Assembly: GCA_964247055.1 (NCBI GenBank) | Contig: OZ176058.1 | Coordinates: forward strand, 2,790,001-2,854,000 | DNA length: 64,000 bases | DNA from: Paragordius varius | Taxonomy: Eukaryota; Animalia; Nematomorpha | Reading direction: 5' to 3' | Shown: in pieces, positions 27,340 to 40,136 of the stretch | How the letters are laid out: each line of letters opens with the position of its first letter | Numbering within the stretch: the stretch's first letter is position 1 | Program-made: the position numbers and the translations under genes | Notes under the pieces: generated by a model | What the model saw: only the letters and a program-made list of their open reading frames with translations | Told to the model about the DNA's origin: nothing | Database searches by the model: none

Positions 27340-30300
27340 ACCATAAAAGGCGTCGAATTATGGGGAGCGCTTAGAGCTGCTCTCTCGGTAAAGGCTATCT
27401 TCGCAATTCATATAAAAAATTATTCATTCTCCATGGTTTTCGTCAAACTTGGAAGAAATAAACTTTTAACATATATAATGAGATCCAGAATTAATTTGAT
27501 CAAAATCCAAAACTAAAATTTTCATTTATTAAAAAATATATAGCAGAAACAATATTTAGGCAAATTAAGACATTCAAAGATACTTAGGACCCCTTGAATT
27601 TTTATGCTCTCTTTTTAGTGAGGCCTAATCACCTCTTTTTAGCAAAGTTTGATTCTTTCACATTTTTTAAAAAATTTGCACTTATTTCAAAATGCAGAAG
27701 TATTAAAATCGGATTCAATTTTTGATGAAACCATAGCACAACGAAATACCATTAAACTGTACAATAAATTCATTTTTATTTAAACCAAAATTACGCATTT
27801 ATTTATTCATCATTCAAAAAATTGTTGCAACTAAATTATATGTAGGAGTCAGAAGACACCCACCGCCCTTGGAGCTGCTCTTTTAGTAACGGCATGGAAA
27901 AGGCTTTTTAGCGTTCTCATAATTAGAATTTATTAACATTCAATGTGAAAAAGACATACAGCTTTTTAAAAAATCCTTAAAAAACTAAATATATGTCCTA
28001 AACACTGTCTCCACCAAAAATAACCTAAAAAATATTTTATGCTAGCAAAATGTATTAGGATCATCATGGTGCTTTTGGTTTTGCCCCTACCAGTGATTTA
28101 AGAAAGTTATTTACATTTTGATGGTAAGTGCTCAATAGAATGTAAAAAAATCTGCGCGTTTGAATTACCATAAAGTACATAAAAAAACAATATTCTGAAA
28201 AAATTAATTTTTAGACTCCTGGCCCAATTTTCTATCTAACATGAGCTAGTCCTCTCAAAATAAATGCAAAAATGCGGGGTTTGCGCGATAAACTTGAAAT
28301 ATTTTTTAAAAAATTTCCAATTTTTTAAAAATAGCAAAATTTTGTTGAAACTTTATGGGATTTTGAGTCACGACTGAAACGGTAAAAGAACGCTTTAAGA
28401 TATTAAAAACACTTTTATATATTGCAATGATGCTAATTACATCATTTCAGAATTTCGATACAAATTTGTCCATCTCTAAATATGTCAAAAATAAACTGTT
28501 TTTTTATAGCAAACACCTCTAAATCTGAATCGACAGAAATGTTTAGCATCATTAAATTATTTAGAAAGGTCTTATAATAATATCTAAAAACGTTTATATA
28601 CCGTTATCATCATGCCTAAAATAGTACGAACGCTTTAACAAAATTTTGGTAAAATTAAATTTTAAAAGTATGCATTTTACAAAAATATTTGTTGATATCA
28701 AAATTTAGCATCTATTTATAATTGTCAGACGATTCCGACATTTTTTTAGGAGGTTTAGTTCGTTTTAATAGGGAATTGAGAAATTTTCGGAGCTACATCT
28801 TTTGCTTTTAATTAGTACTTTATGATATATTTTAGTGAAATATTTTGGAATAAAGCCTCTAGCATTCTCCAAAATTATATTAAAAAAACCGTCCCCCAAT
28901 TTGGCTATCTTCAGATATGAACTTTTCAAAAAAGTTTAAATAAACTTTCTTAAATCACTCGTAAAGGCCTAATCAAACATAATCATGATACACACAGAGT
29001 AATATTTTTATACCCCCTGGTTTTTGTTGTATAAAGATAATGAAACCCAATGATCCCAGATATTCAATATAACTTGAAATAATTAACAAAAACTTGCAAT
29101 AATCATTCCATAGATAAATATTTAAATAAGCTACTTGGGACCTCAAGTTTTTAAAACTACTTTCTGCGGCCTGGGAACCGCTATTTAAGTAAAAATCAAA
29201 AGGGCTTAACCATTTATTCTATTTAGAAAATTCCTTGAAAAACTAGATTCAAAATGCAGAAATCGCAAAAAAGGGTTATCTAACTCCAAATTAAATCAAT
29301 AATTTACCTTGTAAAAAGGCCATTTATTTTCTACGGATTTGACATATTAAAAACTAAGTTTGTGTTTTAAGTAAAATGCAAATTTTGAACAGAATAATAA
29401 AATTTTTATAGATATTTCATTTATATAATTACAACAAACTTTCATTTATTTGTAATAATATGTTTGAAAAATCCTTGCAGAATTAAAATTTAAAGACACT
29501 CCAAGGGTCTGAAAAGCACCATCGGCAGCCTTTATTGCAGATATGTCAATTTAACCTTTATTTTTAAAAACCCCTTCCACGGTTTTGACATAAGAAGAGC
29601 TAAGTTTTTGTTTTTAAATTACAATGAAATTCCATAATAATTCCTGTAAATAACCAACCATTTCATTTTTACTTTTAGAACTTTTTTTTCGAATTTTCTT
29701 ATTTTTTCTACTGTTGTGCTATACAAAAATTAAATAATTTAAGACACTCCAAAGATGTAAGGATTAGCAGCTCCTAAACTGTTCTCTTTCCAATTACGGC
29801 CTGTAAACCGCTATTTAAGTTAAATATAACCAAAAAGTTACCATTTATCCTCCCAGTTTTTTTATAAAAAATCATTAACACTAAATTCAAAATGCAGAAC
29901 TTCAAAAAGGGAGATATCTAACTATAAATTAAACAAAAATTTTATACTTTTATTACAGCATAAATCAATCAAACTTAAATAATTTATTTTTTATAAAACT
30001 CAAATATATTTCATTTACATAGTGGTTCAAAAATTGGAAAACCAAATTTTAGGTTTCAGGGGTCTAAGGACATCCGTCGGTAGTAAAAGCTGCTCTATTT
30101 CATGGGGTAGAAACCTTTTTATAGCGAATATTTATTCATAAAATCAACCATTTATTCATCTACATTTTTGAAAAAAAAACCTTGGAGAACGTAATTCAAA
30201 ATGCAGGAGTCTCAATATTAAGCGATTCAACTTTAAATAAAACCAATAATACTACCATTTTTAGCGCAACACAATTCAATCAAACTTAAAATAATCATAA

Positions 30301-30389
30301 AATTTATTTATTCATTTATTTTAAAACGAATCTTCTCATTTATTTCACATTTTAAGGTTTCGCAAAAAAAATCCTTGCAGAACTAAATT
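27340..30389 (-). repeat. Decaying tandem copies of the eIF2-beta last-exon 3' end and 3' UTR
   Basis: Copies of the coding end (GCAGCT..AAGAGCTGCC..CCTCAGACCCC) at about 30055-30125, 29740-29815, 29490-29540, 29130-29190, 27845-27920, 27570-27625 and 27345-27420. UTR word TTCAAAATGCAG at 30195, 29886, 29248 and 27686. Confidence 0.8.
27990..28870. repeat. Dispersed repeat shared with about 8990-9700 and (inverted part) about 48700-48860
   Basis: Shared blocks AACGCTTTAAGATAT, ATGTTTAGCAT, AACAAAATTTTG.TAAAATTAAA, GTTGATATCAAAAT.TAGCAT and CATGGTGCTTTTGGTTTTGC. Confidence 0.6.
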
Positions 30390-33300
30390 TTAAGTTCCAG
30401 GGGTCTGAGGACCCCCGCCGGCAGCTCTTAAAGCTGCCCTCTTTCCCGTTACAGCTTGGAATCCACTTTTTATAGCGGCCACCGAACATCGGGAATTACA
30501 GCGTTCACATTGCAAGAAACTCAGGCGGGTGTCTTTCTGTAGTATGGTATCTGGACTATGACAGGTGTGACAAGTAACGTATTCTTCTACAAAAGTTGAA
30601 AATAAAGGTTTTAAAAAGTTGATTTTAATTTAAATGAAAATGAGAAAAAAATTAGATTAAGATATTTTAAATATATGATATAAAAAATATGCAATAAAAA
30701 ATATACAGTTAATTATAAAAGGCATGACTTGGAAATAAAAAAATCAAATATTTCTCAATAAAATCATACTTTTTAATTCTTTAGTTTTCCCAAATAAAAT
30801 AAATAACGTGTTTTGAGAATTTACATTAAATTATTTTGCTATTCAAAATAATAAATTACATACCATTTACAATTCAAGTTAACTCTCAAACAATCCGAAT
30901 TCACACTCGAACAATTCGAATTTACCCTTTAACAATGTTAAATTTAAAGATATTCAAAAATTAAAGTTAAGATAAAATTTTATAAAAATAAAATAGTTGT
31001 TTTAAAAAAGAGAATTTCGAATGAAATAAGCAAAACATTTGGGATAATATTTTAAAAGATATAAAAAAAATCAATATAGAATAACGTCAAGACTAAGGTA
31101 GGACGGGTAACGTATTCTTCTACAAAAGTAATATAAATTTATTTAAAGAGAAATGAAAATTAAAAAAAAATATTTTATATTGATTCTATAATTTTAATTT
31201 AAAAAAATATTCAATTTGTTTTGTCTTTCAAATAAAATAGTATCTTTGACTATGAAACTTGTGACAATCACGTATTCTTATATAAAAAAATAAATTTAAG
31301 ATTTAGATTAGGATGTTTTTATAATATAATATAAAAAATATGCAATAAAAATTAAAATTAGAATAAGCATGACATGGAAATAAAAAATCAAATATTTCTC
31401 AATAGAATCATACTTTTTAATTCTTTATTTTTCCCAAATAAAAAAATAACGTGTGTTGAGAATAAACACTAAATTATTTTTCTATTCAAAATAATAAATT
31501 ATATACCATTTACAATTCAAGTTAACCCTCAAACAATCCGAATTAACACTCGAACAATTCGAATTTACCCTTTAACAATGTTAAATTTAAAGAAATATTT
31601 AAAAATTAAAGTTAAGATAAAGTTTATAAAAATATATAGTTTATTTAAAAAAGTAGAATTTCGAATGAAATATGTAAAACTAAAGAATATAAAAAAATCA
31701 ATATAGAATAATGTCGAGACTAAGGTAGGACGGGTAACGTATTAGTCTACGAAAAGAAATATAAATTTATTTAAAGAGAAATGAAAATTAAAAAAATGTT
31801 TTTATATTGATTCTATAATTTAAATTTAAAAAAATATTCAATTTGTTTTGTCTTTCAAATAAAATAGTATCCTGACTATGAAACTTGTGACAACTACGTA
31901 TTCGTATATAAAAAAATAAATTTAAAATTTGGATCAGATGTTTTGAAAATATATATTAAAATGTATACAGTAAAAATTAGACATGACTCAAAAATATAAA
32001 ATCAGTATTTATCAAAAAAAATCACAATTTTATAGTCCTTATTTTTCCCAAATAAAATAAATATAATAGAGTGTATTCAAAATATACATTATTTCGCTAT
32101 CTAATAAGTTATATTAAATATCAAAATTTGACAAGTATGGTTGTATTTTCAAAAAAATATTTGTCTATACAAAATTTATGTTTTGTCCGTAAATTTCATT
32201 TTTTATACAGACAAAACAATATAAAATATAATTTTAAAAATGTAAGCCTCTAAAAATGAGTAATAGATATGTAAATTGGTAACACTCTTGTTTATAATTG
32301 TAATTATGTGGTTTATATGGCAAATAGGGTTAAAAAAATATGGTTGTTAACTTTTTAATAAAAAAGGAGGTTAAAAATATGGAATTTACTACAATATCTA
32401 TTTTTAAATCTAATTTGAACTGTAGGACGGTATTTAAAATAAAAAAATAATAATAAATAAAAATATTACTTTAATATCAAAAAATAAAAATTATATTATT
32501 AAATAAAATTACTTATATATCGTCGTAAAATGTTCTCAATTTGTTTTTGTTGAAATTTTCCTTTAATTATAAGCTGGTTATTCCCGTCAACGGAACCGCT
32601 AAAAATAAATCAAATACAAAGTAATAAATTTAAAAATAAAAATTCACAAAGAATTATATTATTTAATAATAAAATTTTACAAAAAAATAAAAAAAAATAA
32701 TTATATTTTGAAAAATTTTTTTTTTTAAAAAAGGATATTTAAATTAAATTTTTACGAGTTTAATTAAAAATTAATTTTTTTATTTAAATCGGTAAATTAA
32801 CTAAGAATATATTATCGCACAAGCAAAATTATTTAAATAAGTAGAAAACTTTAACTTAATATTATATTATATATATTATTTATAAAAAATTATAAATTTA
32901 TTAAAATAATTGCATATTAATATAAATATATAAAAATTAAAGATAAAATATTTTTTACCTTGTCCCTAATTCAGCCAATAAAAAAGCCAACAGGTGTTTA
33001 GGTTGCCTATGAAGCCTAAAATATAAAATTATAGGAAAAATAAATTTTTGTAAAAAAATAATTTTTACAAAAAAAATAAATTAAAATTTATAAACGTTTA
33101 AAAAACCAAAATTTTAAAAAAACTTCTTAAAACGTTAAATAATATTTATAAAGTAATTTGTAAATAATTTCGAAATTTATAATTCTTTATTTAATAAATG
33201 TATCATTTTTCACCTAAAAATTACTTTTATAAAGTTTTATATTCAAAAAGTTAATAATATATATATATATATATACCATTTACAGTTCAAATTCACCCTT

Positions 33301-36300
33301 GAACAATTTAAATTCACCCTAAATGTGTTTTCGAACTTATATACATTATTAATATGTATATCTTTTTATTATTTTGTCAGTATTATTTTAATTTATAACA
33401 AAATTTTTATTTAAAAATATATAAAAATATAGGTAATTTATAATCTTAAAAAACATATATTTTAATTGAAGGTGAATTTGAATTGTTCGAGGGTAAATTA
33501 AATTGTAGGGTGAATTTAAATTGTTTAAGGGTGAATTTGAAAAAAAAATTACTTTTTACCAAAATATGATTTTATAGTTTTTTTACGATTTTCAAAATTT
33601 TACCTACATTAGAGTTTTATTATCCATTTGAGCAAAAAAAATATTTTCGTCTAACAATAAAAACATAAAAAATTTTTTTAAAAAAAATAGTAAATAATTT
33701 TATTAACCTCAAAAATTATCCTAGTTTTGCAGTAATATCTAAATATTACTTTTCTCATACTCATATTAATGGGTGATTAACAAAAAAAGTTTCTTGGTGC
33801 TATCTAGAGTAAATATTTAATAAATTACAAACATTTTTCGCCGAAAAACCTTAAATTTATATCTTTTTTCGCTTTAAAAAAACTTTAAAACTTTATTTAA
33901 TTAGATTCTTTTAAGTTTTTTTATATTTTTTAAAAATTATTCTAATAAACTTTTTCAAAATAAAAGATTCACATATTACGAATATCATGGTAAAGAGACG
34001 ACAAGAAAATTTTGCGAATCCCACAAAAATTATCATTTTTTATACCAAAAACACTGTCAAAACTTAAAATAATTAGATTTTTATAAAATTAACTTTAACT
34101 TTTAGGAAAATCTATAACTTAACACTTAAAATAATAAATTTTTATTTTTTTATTTTTTACATAGCATTTTATAATTATTAGAAAATAAACTTGAAATATT
34201 TTTTTAATTGTAAATACCCAAAATACTTTAACCTTGAAATTTTTTCTCAACCGCTAAAATTATCATTTTTTTCGTCCAAAAATTTTCTTAAAACTTAAAT
34301 TTTTGGAAATAAAACTAAACTAACCTTTTAAAAATTTTTTAACTAATATTTTACAAATATCATGAAAAGTGTTTTTATAATATCAATAATGATTATTACA
34401 GCCAAAAAAATTTATCAAAAATCATCGTGTTTTTTCATCAAAACTAAAAATATATCATTTTAAGTTAAAATATTTACAAAAGTTTAAATATTTCGGATAA
34501 TTTTTACATGGAAAAAAAGTATTTTTTAAGACATTTTACAAATATCATAGAAATTAACAAAGTAAAATTTTCTCAATCTTTAGCTGGTTCAAGAAAATCT
34601 TTCAAAAAATTTTAAAAAAACCTAAAAAGTTAACGTTATTTCGCCAAAAAACTTTCTAAAAACTCAATATTTTAAAAATTTCACATTTCTTATATTTTTT
34701 CTTTTAAATCAAACAGTTAGATTTTTACCTGAAAAAAAAACAGTTTTTTAAATCGTATTCGACTTACATTTTACAAATATCATGGAAATTAACAAATCAA
34801 AATACCTCTAAAAATATATCATTTTAAGCTAAAAAAGCTATAAACTTTTGAGTATTTTAAATTTTTATCTGAAAAAAGTATTTTTTAAATCGAATTCAAC
34901 TTACATTTTACAAATATCATGGAAATTAACAAAGGAAGTTTTTATAGATTTAAATATATATAAACCGTTTTTAGCTAAAACACTCTCTAAAAACTTCAAT
35001 ATTTCTGAAAAATCGCAATTTTAAATGTAAAAATCAAAAATTTAGAAATTAAAAGTTTTAAAAATACTTACATTTTACAAATATCATGGAAATTAACAAA
35101 GGAAAATTTTGTATTTTCAATCTAGAGCTGGTTCAAGATAATCTTTCAAAATTTTTAATAAAAACCTAAAAGGTTAACGTTTTTTCGCCAAAAAACTTTC
35201 TAAACTCAATATTTTAAAATGCAAATTTCTTATATTTTTTAATATAAATAAAATCAAACTTTCAGATTTTTACATAAAAAAGTTTTTTTAATCAACTTTG
35301 ACTTACATTTTACAAATATCATGGAAATTAACAAAGGAGGTTCTTATAGATTTAAATATTCATAAACCGTTTTTAGTTAAAACACTCTCTAAAAAGTCAA
35401 TATTTCTGGAAAAGCTTAATTTTAAACCTAAAAAATCAAAACTTTTAGATTTTTACTTAAAAAAGTTTTTCGACTTACATTTATAAATATCATGGAAATT
35501 ATTAAGTAAAATATTCTCAATCTAGAGCTGGTTCAAGAAAATCCTTCAAAAATATAAAAAAACCTAAAAAGTTAACGTTTTTTCGCCAAAAAACTTTCTA
35601 AAAACTCGGTATTATAAAATTGCAAATTTCTTATGTTTTAAAAAAAAAAAAATCTAAGAAATTTCAGATTTATACATAAAAAACAGTTTTTAAAATCGAA
35701 TTCAACTTACATTTTACAAAATCATGGAAATTAACAAATTAAAAAACCTCCAAAAATATAAGCTTATAAATGTTTAAATATTTCAGATTTTTACCTAAAA
35801 AAACAGTTTTTTTAAATTGATTTCGACTTACATTTTACAAATATTATGGAAATTAACAAAGGAAATTGTATTCTCAATCTTGAGCTGGTTCAAGAAAATC
35901 TTTCAAAAATTTAAAAAAGGACCTAAAAAGTTAACGTTTTTTCTCCAAAAAACTTCTAGAAACTCAATATTTTAAAAATTGCAAATTTCTAAAATGTTTT
36001 AAATAAAAAAAATCTAAGAAATTTCAGATTTTACCTGAAAAAAACAGTTTTTTAAATCGAATTCAACTTACATTTTACAAATATCATGGAAATTAACAAA
36101 TCAAAATACCTCTAAAAATATATCATTTTTAGCTATAAAATCTCAAAAACGTTTAATATTTCAAATTTTTACATGGAAAAAACAGTTTTTTAAAATGAAT
36201 TCGACATACATTTTACAAATATCATGGAAATTAACAAAGGAAGTTTTTATAGATTTAAATATTCATAAACCGTTTTTAGCTAAAACAAAGTCTAATTCAA

Positions 36301-39017
36301 TATTTATGGGAAAATCTCAATTTTACTAAAAAAATAAAAAAAGAAATTAAAAGTTTTTTTAAATCGAATTCGACTTACATTTTACAAATATCATGGAAAT
36401 TAACAAAGGAAGTTTTTTTGGTCCCAATCCTAACAACTTGAGGTGGTTTCATAACAAGCCTTTGTTTTTCACCCGCAACTAAATCTGGATTTCTATCTCT
36501 CATAATGCTAAACACACGATCTAAAAGCTAAAATTTGATTTAAAAATAATTTAAAATTAATGAAATATTATAAAAATAATTAATAAAATTAAAAAAAATA
36601 TTTATTTTTAATAAAAAATTTATATTATTGTATTGTCATACAAATATGAATTTTATAAAAAAATCAGTATTTCGATCTCTCATTATGCAAACTCACGATC
36701 TAAAAGCTAAAAAAAATCAATAAAATTTAAAAATTTAGAAAATTTTCAAAAAAAATAATTAAAATGCAAAAAATAATCAAATTTATGATATTTAGAAAAG
36801 TTTTATAAAAAAATATTGTAAAATTGTCATATATAAATATTAATTATATTAAAAAATCTCAGGATTTAGGTTTTTAATAATATTAAACACACGATCTAAA
36901 ACTAAAGAATAACATTTAAAAAAAATATAATTTTGAAAAATTTTCATAAAAAATATTAATTAAGATTATTTTATAAACTAAAAATATATATTTTAAAAAG
37001 AATTTTTATGAAAAAATTATTGTAAATTTTCAAATATATATTTTTAATTGTATAAAAAAATCTCAGGATTTGGATCCCTCATAATGCTAAACACACGATC
37101 TAAAAGCTAAAATTTGAAATAAAAAATATTTAGAAAATTTTCAAAATAAAAAAATAATTAAAATGCAAAAAATAATCAAATTTATGATATTTAGAAAAGT
37201 TTCATGAAAAAATTATTGAACTCAGGATTTGGATTTTTATTAATGCTAAACACACGATCTAAAAGCAAAAAAAATTCAATAAAATTTAAAATATTTAGTA
37301 AATCTTCATAGAAAAAATAATTAAAATGCAAAAAATAATCAAATTTATGATATTTAGAAAAGTTTTATGAAAAATTATTGTAAAATTGTCATATATAAAG
37401 ATTAAATAAAAAATTATTGTAAATTTGTCATATATATGTATATTATAATTTTATTAAAAATCTCAGCAATCTCTCATAATGCTAAACACACGATCTAAAA
37501 GCTAAAAAATGACATTTTAAAAAGATAATTATCAATTTTATATTAAAAACTGAAAATTTTTTAGAATATATATTATTAAAATAGATGATTATTAAAATTT
37601 TATATGAAAAATTAAAATATTTAGAAAATTTATGAAAAAATTATTTAGATTTGTCATATACATATTTTAATTTTATTAAAAAATCATTATTCCGACCCCT
37701 TATAATGCTAAACACACACGATCTAATAAAAGCTAAAATTTGAAATAAAATATAAAAATTTTTATAAAAAATTAATATAAAAACTTATATTTTGATATAA
37801 AGTTGGATTAATAAATTTATCAAAAAATATTTTAAAGATTTCGATCTCTTATACACTCACGATCTAAAAGATAAAAATTTAAAATGGAAAAAAATTAAAA
37901 AAATTTAAAATTGTAAAAATTTAAAATAAAGTTTTTAAAAAATTTATATGTTTTTAAAAACAAATAACCCTTTTAAATTAAAACAATTTCTTATAATGTT
38001 AAACACATAAGGTAGCTTTAAAAAAATATTTTAAACGAAAGATCTAGCAATTATATTTTTTCGCATAATATGAAAAATATTTTTTATATATTTTTAAAAA
38101 TATTCAATAGTGTGTATAAAATTGATAAAAATTTAATAATATTATTTAAAAATTAACAATTATATCAAAAATAATTTAAAAAGATACAATCAACATTGAA
38201 AATATTAAACAGGCAAAATGCAAAAACATATGCTTTAAAAATTAAAATTATACGGACAAAACGTAAAAATATGAAGACAAAAAGATATATTTTTTTTAAA
38301 CAATCAATCATTTTAAAACTTAATTTTCCCTATTTAAACTATTTGAATCAAATTGTAAAATATATGATTAATTGTATTACCAATATACATCTCTATTCCA
38401 CACTTTGCAATTTTAAACAATAATGAATTTCATATGAATAAATCAAATTTTGAAAAAGTAAGATAATCTTTAAAAAATAATATTTTTCTTTATATTTTTA
38501 CGTTTTGTCCGTATAAATTTTATCTGTAATGAACCCTATTAAAAATATTTATCAAATTTTGATTATTTGTGATAATTTCCAATTTAATTTAAATAATCAA
38601 AAAAATGATATATAAATTTAATACTGACAAAAAAATTTAAAGGGTGAAAAACAAATTAAAATATGTATCTTACAGATTAAATTATTAATTATCTGTGCAA
38701 GCTAATTTCAAAAAGTTATTTTTTATCATTTAAACGTGAAATAGAATAATTAAAATAAATTATAAAAATATATATAATAATGAGAAAAAAAACCAAATAT
38801 TTAAGTAAAGTAGCCCTTAAAATTAATATATTTAAAATTAATAATAATAATAAAAAAATTTGTTTCATAAAAAAATTCAAAAAAAAATTTTGTTTTTCTA
38901 AAAAAAAATATTTAATATAAAAAACCTCTTCATAAGTATAATCTTTCTCGGGTGCACTGTTTATATTATCTCCATTTAAACCACCACCTATAAAAGAATA
39001 TTATCAAATTAAATAAT

Positions 39018-39050
<33 letters not shown>

Positions 39051-39855
39051 TATTTATTATTAATATTTAAAGCATAAATTTTTACAATCAAATTAAATTT
39101 TTAAATCAAATTTGAAAAAAAAATCTATAAAATTGATTATAAAAAAATATTTAAATTAATTTTATAAAATAATAATGTCATGGTGATAAAAAGCGTTTTA
39201 ATATAAATATTAAAAAATAAATATTTTTAATATTTTTTTTAACTATATAAATATTATATAAATTATAATTCACCTTAAAACAAAAAATAAATTGATCGTG
39301 TTATAATAGCTTAAAAATTGGGATGGAAAAATATTTATTTAAATACTTTTTAATAAAATATTTAAAAAAATATATTTGAACCGTATTTAATAAATTTTTA
39401 AAAATAAATTAATATTAAATATATCAAATTATATGTTAAAGAGAGCCAACATTATAACAAATATAAAGAAAAAAATTTAAATTATGAATTTAATAAAATT
39501 ATATTCAAACCTAAGTCATTCGATACATTATTTTGTATTTCGTCTTCGAATGTGACATTTTGTGGTACTTTTTTCTTCTTTTTCTTTTTAAGCAAAGATA
39601 AATCAAACATAGCGTCTTCTAAACCGGTTCCAGCATTTGTGGTTTGAGTAGTCTAGAAAATTAAATCTAAAAATTTACTTCAGATATTGTTTCGGATTCA
39701 TTGGGTGGTATACTTTCATCTATAATTTTTTAGATATATTTTTACCCTGAAGGTCTAAATTTATATCTTTCTTTTTCTTTTTTTTCTTGATGGAAAGATC
39801 AAAAGACTAAAATTTAATTAATTCAAATTTTAAAATTTACCATATCGTTGTCCAT
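30390..39855 (-). CDS. EIF2S2: Eukaryotic translation initiation factor 2 subunit beta, about 269 aa, 9 exons
   Basis: Exons (minus): 39855-39841, 39806-39746, 39719-39679, 39652-39511, 38987-38926, 36527-36379, 33015-32959, 32598-32513, 30586-30390. Total 810 nt. Poly-Lys boxes, [60 protein letters not shown], Zn finger [26 protein letters not shown]. Confidence 0.97.
30720..31960. repeat. About 620-640 bp tandem duplication in eIF2-beta intron 8 carrying copies of the exon 9 acceptor and start
   Basis: 30720-31340 and 31365-31960 align closely. GTAACGTATTCTTCTAC (exon start plus AG) is copied at about 31105-31122 and 31735-31750, with degenerate versions near 31265 and 31890. Confidence 0.85.
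33960..36378 (-). repeat. Tandem higher-order array of eIF2-beta exon 6 3' end plus 5' splice site
   Basis: Core (plus strand) ACTTACATTTTACAAATATCATGGAAATTAAC recurs, with the donor G at about 36208, 36071, 35831, 35710, 35478, 35306, 35071, 34904 and 34767. Degenerate copies at about 34532, 34350 and 33972. Confidence 0.95.
36528..38050 (-). repeat. Tandem array of eIF2-beta intron 5 acceptor plus exon 6 5' end
   Basis: Core (plus strand) CATAATGCTAAACACACGATCTAAAAGCTAAAA ends near 36707, 36902, 37107, 37266, 37502, 37733 and 37870, with a remnant near 38000-38045. Confidence 0.95.
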
Positions 39856-40099
39856 TTCGTGGTCGAATCGATAAAAGGTAAAAGATGTTAAAACTCAAAT
39901 ATTTCAGTACACTTTCTGTTACCCATTATCCACAAAAAATATCCTCATAATATATATATATATATATTATTAGCTAGAATTATTAATTTTTTGGCTTCGT
40001 ACCTTACAGTTTTATATAAAATTTATAATTTTTTGTGGTTATTCCATATAACACGCAAAAATAGTGCATTCACTGCACCCAAAATTTTATGGCATAATC

Positions 40100-40136
<37 letters not shown>

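Noticed and set aside
33960-36378. CRISPR-like appearance (conserved core, variable spacers, polar decay)
   Set aside because: The core is a copy of a eukaryotic exon end, the spacers are 120-240 bp and recur in three classes, and there are no cas genes.
39856-39900. Pyrimidine tract CTTTTACCTTTT upstream of the eIF2-beta ATG as a TCT/TOP-like start
   Set aside because: Such tracts are ubiquitous at this base composition, so the call needs TSS data.
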